Source: Balanoglossus misakiensis (Eukaryota; Animalia; Hemichordata). From it: a stretch of DNA of 64,000 nucleotides. This document shows positions 42,436 through 53,115 of the stretch, piece after piece. Made by a program: the position numbers and the translations under genes. The stretch lies in assembly GCA_040954595.2 (NCBI GenBank), contig CM082580.2:8534390-8598389 (forward strand), written 5' to 3'. How positions within the stretch are numbered: position 1 is the first letter of the stretch; each line of letters begins with the position of its first letter. The notes under the pieces are model-generated. The model did not search any database. It saw only the letters and a program-made list of their open reading frames with translations, and was not told where the DNA came from.

Positions 42436-45400
42436 ATGTCATCGGCCAACAAGCGACGACAGTCTAAAGGACGAGGGACTGCTGGACCATCCGGTAGCAA
42501 AGGTGAGCAGGAAATTGTTGTTATTCAATTTTAAATCCCACACGATCGCGTTGTTTTATCAAATGTATGTACTCGGTTGAGAGATGACCTAATTTGCAAA
42601 GGTCAACCAGGGCACCAGCATAGAATCAGTACGATTATCGTTACAACACAACTTGTTAGGTGTGGAAAGTTTCTCGTGAGGTGAAAAACCGACGTATTTC
42701 GTATATTGTCATCACTAAGCTTTACGGAATCATTTTTATAGACCGGTTTAACCATAGAGGTTAGTTACATGTACTGTGAAGAAACCTGTAGTTTTAAATG
42801 CGAATTTGCATATCTGACTCTGCAAATGTGTAGGAGATGGATTGACAACAGAAGAGACGGCAAGAAAGTCTGGTATTGATCCCCACCCACTGAGGGGTAA
42901 GGTTTTTTATCTGGACTTGCACAATTACGGCAAAGCGAGCAACATTGAGACGGACATCATTGAACTTGGAGGGGTAAGATTACATTTTTTTGCATCTCAC
43001 ACTTCAGTGTTCAACATAAGTATACATTTGTTTGGAAATCAACTGTCAAGCAGGAATGTACTAGTGACTATGTTCTTTGTTACCCCAACCATACAAGTGA
43101 GTAATCTCATTTCTCCCCGCAACAGGTGGTTGAAAAGTTCCTGTGTAAAGAGGTTACCCATGTGATCACCAACCGCAAGGATTTGCTCAACACGGGTGGC
43201 GACTTGCTGGGTGTGTCCACTCCCAGTCCCGCCATGTCTGCGCCAAGCCCCGGTGCTGCTAACTTTAAAAGGTAAACAAACAGAGGAGTAATAAACACAC
43301 TTTTAATCCTGTCACAGCGTCAAACCTAAGTTCCCCATGTGGCGGTCCATCCTGACTACAGAAACCAACTATGAGTAATTCTGCTTGCACCGTTAAGTTA
43401 CGTAACCAAATATATCATTAACTTGACATGACCCCCAGTTTGATAATCAGTCAACATTAACTAGTGATGATATGTATCTTATCTTCAGCTCATCCTTGAG
43501 AGGTACCCTGGACTCCCCACTAATGATAGATTCGCCCAACAGTACTGATGGCAAAAGTAAAGATGGCAGTGTGGTTGCCCGAGGAAAGGCCATTGCACAG
43601 AAAGCAGTGACAACGCAGGTAATTTTCAAATTTGGTATCACACGTTTGTACACAGATTGCCACAACTTTATCATCATCCTCCATTCCCACATTTTGTCGT
43701 CTCAAACGAACTCTATACTCATTGCATTCTCACTACATGTGATTTTAATTTCAGGGTAAAGGAAGCACTGATGTACTGACCAATGCTAAAAACTGGGGAG
43801 CCAAAATCAAACAGTTGGAAAGTATCCTTTTCACTTCAGCCAGGTGCTTTTGAATTATTACTCATCTCTCTTTGCAATATTATAATTGAAAAGACTGGAC
43901 TGTGCATTAAAGTTACAGTTGTGTACAATGTATGATTTAAACTCCTTAACCCTGATCACAGAAGTTGTAGAGTACATCGCGCAGTACAAGGAAAAGTTGG
44001 GTGTGCAGGATCCAAAGAAGAAGGCAAGTTACGACTTATCAATCATTTCCTGTCAGATACACATTTGTCATCACTTATTTAATTTCTTTGAATTATGCCC
44101 TGAGCAAAATATCAGAGAAAAGATTAGCAGAAGTGAGTTTTCCTACAACTCTGGGTGTAACCCTATGCTTTAGTGATGACCTTTGTTTGTGTTTCTTCAT
44201 GCAGGGTCGTTCTACAAAGACTGCTCCCAAACCAGGGACATCAAGGAAAGGTAAGGGTGCTCAAATGATGGAGTTACTCAAATACTGATATGCACAGTGT
44301 GCTATAAAGCATCATTTTCTGTTTCCCTTGTACTCCCCTACTACTATACTGTAACACTGATTTGACCCTGCTGTTTCTGGTGATAATACATACAGGCAAG
44401 ATGGGTGAAGAGGCTGAAAACTGCCAAAGGCAGGTTTTTAAATGAAGGCAGAGAGATATGCATTTTATAAATCTTCACTGTCTTTCCACAGGTCATGTGA
44501 TGAAGGCTCCATATTTGAAAGTTGAAGACAGCAGTCGGTATGCAAAGTTACCAAAAACTCATTTAGATTTAGCAAATGTATATTCAGTTATTTGCAGACG
44601 CCTTGGGTAGAATTTGGGGCGGGTATTAAACCAGACTACAAAACAACCACTGTCAGGAATCTCATGTTGATGACAGCTTTTTGGCTACCTTGCACCCCCA
44701 GCCATTACAAACCTATCATGAAGCAGCTGTCGCAGTGGCCAGTGGTTGGCATGGACACCACTCCGGGGGCGTGTCCCTACGACGGCATCGCCTACGGCGA
44801 CGGTAACAACGCCGAGAGGAGTGAAGACAGAGGCTACAGAGAGGAGGCGGAAATCAAGAAGTCGCAGAGTTCACCCTCTACAGCCAGGTAGACACCTGCT
44901 TTAGTTTGTGGACTTCTGCAGAAAGTACTGCTCAGTCACTTGTGCCTTGTCACGATCTCAAGGCTTACTCTACTTCTCAGGAGCCCAAATGAAGTTGAAA
45001 CTCCGCACTCCGACAGAAAAGCATACACTCATTCAGCATCTGAACCAGGAAAAAAAATTAAGCCCTGAGACCTAGTATTTGGTCACTTTAGAATTTTCGA
45101 ACATCTCTTTGAACTGTACTAGCCTTTACATCTGACAAGTCAATACCTGCAATGTAATTATGTTCATCTGCATCTTGTATCATCTTTTTGAAACGACAGG
45201 AAACTTCGTTTAATGACAGCCGGCGAAGCGAAGAGAGAAGATGAGGAAAGGCAGTCGAAGAGACGGAAAAAGGGATACTGTGAGTGCTGTCAAATACAGT
45301 ACACAGATTTAGACATGGTGAGTTGTTTCAATCCATCATCAAAATCTTTGAAGGCTCTACTACATCCTATTTTTAGGGAGAATATATATTCCCACTTTGT

Positions 45401-48400
45401 TTCCTTCGTTTTTGCGCAGCATTTGAAAAGTGACACCCACCAAGCGTTTGTAAATAAACCCAAGAAGTACACAAGTCTTGATGCAATGGTGTCAGAAGGC
45501 CCGAACATGGATAGGTTCCTGGAAGATGTTCTCAAATTCCAAACCGAATCCAAGCAACAGATCGACAAGTAAGTACATAGAGTTGTCCATTCTTTCTCTA
45601 CATAAAGAAGGTGCAACTTTTGCTACAAAATAAAAGGAAACTTTTGTTCGCTGTGGTGTTATGGCAATGTGCTCGCAAACTTTCTAGGGTTACTTTTAGT
45701 TTTGCCTGTACATGTAGATGCAAAGTAGCCAATTTATCTCACTGACAGTGAAACGAGAGGACACTGTCAGCTTTAGCCAGCAGAAGTACTGTAATACACC
45801 TCCTTTTGTGACTGGGAAACTGAGTGTTATTTCTTGTTTATTTCTGCCCGTCAGGATGCAGCAGTTTGGAGATGATACGGTGCTTCTCTTGTCCCCGTTT
45901 GGTCCAAAATCGAAAGCCAAGAAGAGTAGAGCCAAGCCCAAGGAGACTTCAGTGAGAGATAACTCAGCCGCCCGCAACAGTTTAGCGCCTCAGTTTAGCC
46001 ACCAGGTTGTGAGCAAGATCACCAAAGAAATCGAAGGCAGAGACACTGATATGGCAGATGCGCAACTCAGCCAGGGTTCTGGGAGTAGGAACGTCAAGAA
46101 TAGAAAGTCGGCCGTTGAGAGGGAAGAAAAATCGGACAAGAAAGCAGGCGGCAGCAGATGTCAGGAAAAAGACGCTGTGCGAGATTCTGGGAATAGAAAA
46201 GACGGAGACAGTGACAATGATGCCAGCAACGGCGAGAGAACCCAATGTACAATCGGTTTGAGCGGCAGTGCCGATAAGGACAAGCACTTGCAGTCCTCTG
46301 ATAAGAAGAGAAAGGCCACCGAAGACAGTAAAAACGCCTCGCCAAAGAAGAAGACAAAGACACAAGATGAATCAGCAAAGGAAGGACAGGCACGGGTGCA
46401 CGGTGAAGTTGAGATGCCAAAAAGACAGGTTGCGCACAAATCTAGCCCAGCCACAAATGCAACCAGGAAGCCAAGAACAGCCAAGGGCAAAACTAATCGG
46501 GTCGTTAACATGATACTGACAAAAACAACAACAGAGAGAGTGGCAGAGAATCGGAGTAAACCCCCAAATGTGACCACTGCAACACCTGTAAGCAAAAGAC
46601 AGCTAAGTGATGAAGCTGGCGGGCTTCGGGAGAGTCGAACTCTTGACGAGGTAAAAGTTGGGCAGGGAAAGAAACAAGGAACTCATGCTGGGCATCAGCA
46701 GAAACTCGTGCCTTCTTCACCCATTAAATCAAGCATGCGAGACAGGCAGCCATCGATCAGTAGGATATTCTCTAGTGAGATGAGTATAGAGGAATTCTCC
46801 GGTTTCACCCAGAGTGACATCGACAGAACCAAGGAGCATTTGGAAGAACTCCAGGCGATGATGAGTGCGTTTGACGTCGTCGTGTTCCCGTCCGAGCCGG
46901 ATCCCGTCGAAGAGGGCGACGGCGACGTCTTCGTTGTGGACGCTGAGGGGGGGCGAGCCGAGACGCTGTCGTGTCGCTCAGAGACATCAGAGTGGGAGAA
47001 CTGTCTCTCCGGTTTCCTGGAGAGGCGAGTGTCCACCGCATCGGTCCACCGGCAGACCTCGCTCGATGAGGACAGCATGAAGGAGAACAACAGACTGCAG
47101 AGTAATGCGTGTCCCACAGAGGGCGGGGTTCACAAGGAACTGTCCAAAGGGCAGACTCTTGGCACGGCCGTGGTTTCTTCCGATGGATTTGCCGTGCCGC
47201 AGAGTGTGTCAGTCCCCCGGAGGAGAACCGTGGACAGACAGGACAGCGTGGGAACCAGAACTGTGGAGAGCCACGAGGCTGTGAGCAGGTGTAACAGTGT
47301 CCGGAGTAAAACTGTGAGCCTGGTGGTTGAGAGTGTCGGCAGCAAGACTCGGGATGGTCTGACCAGCCTGGCGAGTACTTGCAGGTCTCCAGAACTGGAC
47401 TCCAAGAGTCTGTCTGTCTTTGAAAAATTCAGTCAGTCCAGCCCGGGCCCGTCGCACGGGATGTCGTCTTCGTTCCTCTCGAACATCAGAGAGCAGAGGA
47501 TCCTGCTTGCGGAACGGCAGAAGCAGAAGGCAGTCGAGCTGGAGAGAGCCAGACAGCTGCAAAGCGAAAGGGAGCAGAGTCTGAAAGCCAAACTGAACAG
47601 CTCGCAAGGAGCACAGGTTCTCCCGCAAGAACCACACCGTTCAAATTCCAAGGTTGTCAGTCGACGTGCAGAGACCGTTCAGCGACAGTTTCACGAACTC
47701 AGAGATTTTACTAGTCCCAAGCCCTCAGTCGCGAAACATTTCAGAACTCTAACAGGTGCAGCCGGTCTGACTGTGAACAACAATTTGAAGAAAACTGTTA
47801 ACAGGGAGATCTGTTTGCCAAAGGAACAAGATGAACAGAGCCACCAAGACCAGCATGAGAGTATGTTGGTGAACGAAATACCCTCGGACAGTGATAGTGG
47901 GCAAGTAGAGGCCGTGGCGGTCCATTTCGACGACAACTCCCGGTCGCCAGTTTTCAAGAGGGGCATCAAAAATGGGAAGCAGCTGGTGTCCGGTTCTCCG
48001 AAGTTTAAGAAAGGAGTGAGGAATGCCGAGGAGTATGCCGCAATAAGGGAAACTCCAAAGAGAAGAGTGAAGGCGTCTCCGGGTTCTTCCAAATGGAAGG
48101 CATCCGAAGTGTTTTCAAGTCCTCGACGGAGGCAACAGGGGAGGAGGAGATCTCCGAGGAAATCCGCCCGGAAGTCTCTCATGAACGAAAACGACCCCGT
48201 CGACGTGTCTTGCACAGAGGAGGAGGAGATCATTCTGGAGCAGTTGGTGTTGGACGAGAGCGACAATGAAATAGACTTCCCCATCATAGAGAACTCGAGT
48301 CCGCTGAAAAACGAGGCACTGATGGCGCTCTCGCCCATCAAAACTGTCCAGGGTCTGAGGAGGAGCCCCGCCAGGCCCAGTCCTCTGCGGCTCAACACGG

Positions 48401-49017
48401 ACACAAACGCGCAGGGGGCATCGAGCGCGCGTGTGAGCTCGGCCAAAAGGAAAATATTCGGCCCGTCTCCGGAAGAGTTGAAACACCGGTCGTGGAACGC
48501 CGGCGTTACGCGAAGCGCGCCGAATTTCAGGTGGAGAGGTCCCTCGACGCCGCGGAAGAGAACGGGCACGCCGAGAAAAACTCCGTCCAAATCGCCCTCG
48601 ACGCCGCTCCTGAGGGGGTCGTTCTCCCCGAGGACTCCAAGGAGGAGGAGGGCCAACTCCGCGCCCACCAGTCCCTTTTCCATGTCCCCAACGTACGAGT
48701 ACGGGTCCGGGCAGAGGGTGGCCACGGCAAAGAGGCCCAAGTTCTCCCAGGAAATACTGCACCCTTCCTGGCGGAAAGGAGCCTTCACCCGGAGAGTGAC
48801 GCGCAACATATTCAGGCGGAGGTCGGCCCCGGCAGGGATGACCGCCCGCCGAAATCTCTCAAACGCAATCGAACAGGCCGACTCGTTCGCCTTCAAAGAC
48901 ACAGACAGCGTGGCCAGCATTCGCATCCAACATTCCTCGCCTCTCAGGGCAAACAGGTCAAGGGTCAGAGGGCAGCGGCGGCTCGCTGCCCGTTCCCACA
49001 ATTCTATGCAACGCTAG
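42436..49017 (+). CDS. DBF4: DBF4/ASK (Cdc7 kinase regulatory subunit) orthologue, 12 coding exons, about 1439 aa
   Basis: Exons 42436-42502, 42834-42973, 43126-43271, 43489-43618, 43755-43821, 43962-44023, 44205-44250, 44492-44537, 44702-44887, 45200-45317, 45420-45568 and 45855-49017; all phases are consistent (4320 nt). Motif N/BRCT-like: PLRGKVFYLDL...IIELGGVVEKFLCKEVTHVITNR and NAKNWGAKI. Motif M: KAPYLKVEDSSRHYKP. Motif C zinc finger: KKGYCECCQIQYTDLDMHLKSDTH. Confidence 0.93.
43822..43961 (+). other. U12-type (minor spliceosome) GT-AG intron in DBF4
   Basis: The 5' splice site is GTATCCTTT. The branch site TCCTTAAC (43943-43950) ends 11 nt before the exon start, and there is no polypyrimidine tract. 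The reading frame is preserved. Confidence 0.92.
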
Positions 49018-49735
49018 AGTATCGTAGAAGCACAATTGATTTCTTTTTTGTGTGTGTAATGTCCCAGCATGCAGTAGTCACTCTTCTCAAGTGACCCCAA
49101 GTTATTGATCTCTTCGCTGACTTTTGAAGAAAAAAAATGCGCACTTGCCATTTGGAGTAAAGTAATTATGAAGATTCATACAATAAGTAGGTCACTGAAT
49201 AGATCAGTACCAAAACTATGCAATCAACTTTCACACATCAGTTGTGCTCTTGGCCATGATCATTTAAGGTGGGGCACAAGACTTCTCTCCCGTATCAGCG
49301 ATCTGTATTATCAGTTAATCTTCATTAAAGACATTTATTTGGGGAAATCATTTTAGGTCCATGCTCATCTTGTCACCATGTGACTAAAATGGCCTTCAGG
49401 AGCAATTCATAAAATTTCTTTGTGGTCAGATTTCACGGAATGACTTTGCCACATGATTCTCCGACAGCTTTGGGAGTAGAACTGGACACTCTACTGTCAG
49501 GAGATTGCACTGTTTCCACAAGTACATTTGAAATTCCAATATTATAACTTTGTCTTTTCCGTTAGTGCTGCATACACATGTATCTTTCAAACTTTGCAAT
49601 CACCATGACCAAATCAAAGCCAATCATCTTCACCGTTCTAAACTACACGTTGAACACAATATATTACCTCTAACTTCCAAATGACTTTCCAGTTGCTCAA
49701 GGAAACACTGTCTTTCAAAGAACCAGAACACCTGT

Positions 49736-49913
49736 AATAAATCATATTTTTTATCAAGTTTCAATCTTATGTCTGCAAGATTTTGTGTATGTGTGACTCT
49801 GAAGGTTCCATATACATGTACATGTACCGTTCCCCTAATAACAGGTGTGTGCTCCTCAAAGCTGTACTAGGATGTATATATGCACAAAGATATATGATTC
49901 AATAATCTTTATT
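49736..49913. terminator. Convergent polyadenylation signals: DBF4 (AATAAA, + strand, 49736) and secreted gene (AATAAA, - strand, 49913-49908)
   Basis: Canonical hexamers downstream of each stop codon; a GT-rich element follows the + strand signal. Confidence 0.5.
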
Positions 49914-50338
49914 CATCCTAAAACTGGGTAATGAATATGATAGGTTAAATATGAGAAAACACTTAAACATATAGTAAAAAAAGTGAATAAACAGTTCACA
50001 CAATGTCAATGTGACCATTTAAAAGCCTCAAAATTATCAGATATCTCTAACAAATTATATTTGCTTGCTTTAAAGGAATATGGTCACTTCTAATTTCCAT
50101 TTTCGGTAGCTTTTTTCTGCCGGTCGGTGGTTAATAATTCCTCTTAGGGTTGGTATGCCAGTCTCATCCAACCGAAGACATTTAACGCATCCAAAAAGAA
50201 CGCGTATTGTCCCAGTTCCTGAAAGACATCAAAATCGCAAATGTGTGAGCTACAAGATATTTAAACCAAAGCAGCCTGAAAGGGATGAATTTTTTCCTCA
50301 ACTTGTCCGATGGAAAATCATCATGCACGATTTTTTGC

Positions 50339-51827
50339 TTACCATCTAGATGTTATCCTGTTACCGTTGTCCTGGTAGGAAGTGTAATCGTTGCACGACG
50401 AGTGGATGAATTCCCCGGCGTGGTTCTCCCGACCCCCAGAACGTATTTTGGTGTCCTCGCCGACGTCCTTCCACGCGTCGCGGCAACCATAGAACATCGA
50501 GGTCCACGATCCGAGAGTAGACAGGCGACCGGATATGTACAGATAGCCTCCGGTGTAATCGTTGCTCCAGGCCGTGCCGGAGGGCGTCAGGCAGTTAATC
50601 ACGCTGGCCAGGGCTTCGAGAGGGGTACACTGTGGCAGTGACCCGACAGACAAGTCAATGTCACTGAGAAACAGCCACGACATCTCGCTGTTGAGGGACT
50701 GTTCCTTGTTAGAAACGGCGAAATCGTGGAAGTCAAGCGACTCCAGTTCAGCCTCCGTCCACTTAATGTAGGGATTGCTGAAGCAGGTACGCTGACCAGC
50801 TTTGTAGTGCAATCTGTGAGAAATAAATGCAACAGAATAGAAAAAATCAAAAACTTCTGAAGCAATAAAGTTCCAACCGTAACTTTTTATCATTAACCAG
50901 CATTCATTCATTCATTCATTCATTGACCCACCTAAAATAACCAAGTGCTAGAAAATTTCACATCCCTGTACCATACCCGCACACTGGGTAATATTCAAAC
51001 AATGTTAGTATACACGTACGTACCTCATCCAGCCTCCTCCTAGTGTGGTTTGGTCACAGTCTGAAAATGTCAAACGCAATAGTCAATATCAAATGGCATT
51101 CGAAATGTGCAGTTCGTAGACTACCTTGGAAAAAATGGTTCGGGGAAGCCGGGGGTTGCGTTGCCGTCGACAAGTTGCTTTGAATTTCAAATGATATCCT
51201 GGATATGTGTGTTGTAAGAGTCATCTTTTGAATGATAACGAAAATGAAGGACGTTGTGTGTTTCAAAACTACGTGCTACTGAACCCATTCAATGCATGAT
51301 AAGTGGCAATATAGTTGGTATTAATTTATATACTCACAGACGGGGAAAATATCGCGGTCTGCTAACTTCAAAAAGTACCAGCCGTCACCTTGAGCGAGTC
51401 CACTGTCAACGTATTCCTGACACGATCCCAGAATAACTTCGCCTGAAAAAGATTCGCAAAAATGTAAGTGTTCAAAGCGAACGAAATATACAAGAGCATT
51501 TGCAGCCAACATCATATAATTAGTCTCTGAAAAAAAATATAAATTTCAGTCCGAGAATAAACATATCACATGCTCACCTGTGTCAATTATACCCTCCTTC
51601 TCTAAAAGCCACTTCCAGATCAAAGGGTTGAAGTTGGCCGAAACCAAGTCATCCACTCGACCAGAGACTTGATCAACTGCCTCCTGGAGTTGTGCAAACT
51701 CACTGACCAGACACTGGCCGAAGATGTCTGCGCTGCACCTCTCCGTTCTCTGCGGCCTATGAGCGTCAGAGCCAGGGCTAACACCAACTAATAACAGCAC
51801 TACGCCAAAAACACTAACTGCTCTCAT
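50339..51827 (-). CDS. Secreted protein with signal peptide, short coiled coil and fibrinogen-type N-terminal subdomain (YCDxxxxGGGW), 4 exons, about 288 aa
   Basis: Exons 51827-51578, 51442-51338, 51060-51024 and 50813-50339 are GT-AG with consistent phases (1, 1, 2). Signal peptide MRAVSVFGVVLLLVGVSPGSDA. The spliced product reads GSCQEYVDSGLAQGDGWYFLKLADRDIFPVYCDQTTLGGGWMRL, matching the start of fibrinogen-related/intelectin domains. Confidence 0.85.
50901..50924. repeat. (CATT)6 microsatellite in an intron
   Basis: Direct inspection. Confidence 0.9.
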
Positions 51828-51955
51828 GTTGAAACACGCCAAGAGTACGAGTGAACGAAAAAAGTATTGAAGTACTTCACGTATCTTAACTTCGATGCTC
51901 CCTGGCTATGCACGCTCGAATTCAAACACCAATATACTGTCGTAGGAAGACTGGC

Positions 51956-51963
51956 CTTATATA
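51956..51963 (-). promoter_or_regulatory. TATA box of the secreted fibrinogen-subdomain gene
   Basis: TATATAAG on the minus strand about 130 bp upstream of the ATG at 51827. Confidence 0.45.
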
Positions 51964-52006
51964 CCCTACACCTGCTACACGAAACTGAAAGTACATGTAC
52001 TATTGG

Positions 52007-52281
52007 CCACTTCGAATTCGATTCGGTGAAAAATCAGGACCACTGGTCAGTTTATCTACATAAACACATTGTGTTTACCAAAATTCTTTCGAGGAATTCA
52101 CGGATGTTTATACATTACGCAAAAAAACGTAGCCTAGATTTGTTCATATACCCCACACGAAAGTAAAATGGGACCACTTCGTTTCGGTGAAAAACAGGAC
52201 TGGTCAACTTTACGTAAACAAATTGTGTTAAACCAAAATTCTTTCGAGGAATTCACGGATGTTTATACATAGTTTTACGCA
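52007..52281. repeat. Diverged tandem duplication (about 110-bp homologous units at 52007-52121 and 52174-52281)
   Basis: Shared CCACTTCG..TTCGGTGAAAAA.CAGGAC..TGGTCA..TAAACA.ATTGTGTT..ACCAAAATTCTTTCGAGGAATTCACGGATGTTTATACAT. Confidence 0.85.
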
Positions 52282-53115
52282 GAAATGTAGGAGCCGTTGA
52301 GACTCCGTCAGATTTTTTTTAGCCAGCAGCTTGTCTGAGTCCGCCAGATGTTTTACATTTTCACGCCTACATCTTTTACCCGTAGTCAACGTTTATAAGC
52401 AACAATTTTGTTATACATGTATACTTTTGTGGGGTTTTCTGAGGCATAGACTTTAATTGTTCAAGACTAGGGACTTGATATACTAAGGCCATATCCTGCA
52501 AATGAGCTTATATAATATTGGGCATGTATATTTCGATTAAATGTAAACACTGATAAGAAATACGATTTATGTACTCTGTGAATATGAGTAAAACTGTATC
52601 AGTTGGTCATGGTATCAGAATATACGGGGAAGCTTCTTTACTGTAGTGCCTAGGCCTAACTGGTCGGGTCGCACACTCCGCTCCGACCAGCACGGAACAA
52701 AAATACCATAAAAAGAAATAAAATTGAAATACTGACTAGAAACGTGGATTATGATTGCTATCTTCTAGCATCTTAGCATCGTTTTCGAAAATTTCCCGTT
52801 TTATTGCCTACTTTCGAAAGAAAACTCATAGGCCTAAGGCCCGGCCCAAAGTTGTGTAGGGACTGCAAGGTCCGGATCCGGGTGCTGGCTTTCAGTATTC
52901 AAGCAAGCAAGCAAGCAAACAAACTAATAACTCAACTTTTAGCTACCCCCCTTTTGGCATTTATTGATGAACATATATCCGTATTTCCGCGTAAACGAGA
53001 GAACGTCGTATTATACTACGGAAGTGGTATGACCTGCTTTAAACTTAATGATTAATTCTCGGCTATGTTCGGCCATTTTCGGTCACAAGGTTACCGATGT
53101 AAACAGGTTTCCAAT

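Noticed and set aside
44981-45069. Possible extra DBF4 exon after acceptor ttctcag (44980)
   Set aside because: No suitable donor before the in-frame stop, and exons 44887 and 45200 join directly in phase. It could at most be an alternative terminal exon.
47691-49001. 436-aa minus-strand ORF, plus other overlapping ORFs in 45982-49094
   Set aside because: Antisense or alternate-frame shadows of the GC-rich DBF4 last exon, with no recognisable motifs.
52090-52100. CGAGGAATTCA in the duplicated block equals part of the snoRNA target sequence
   Set aside because: An 11-nt match in intergenic DNA without boxes or stems. Coincidental.
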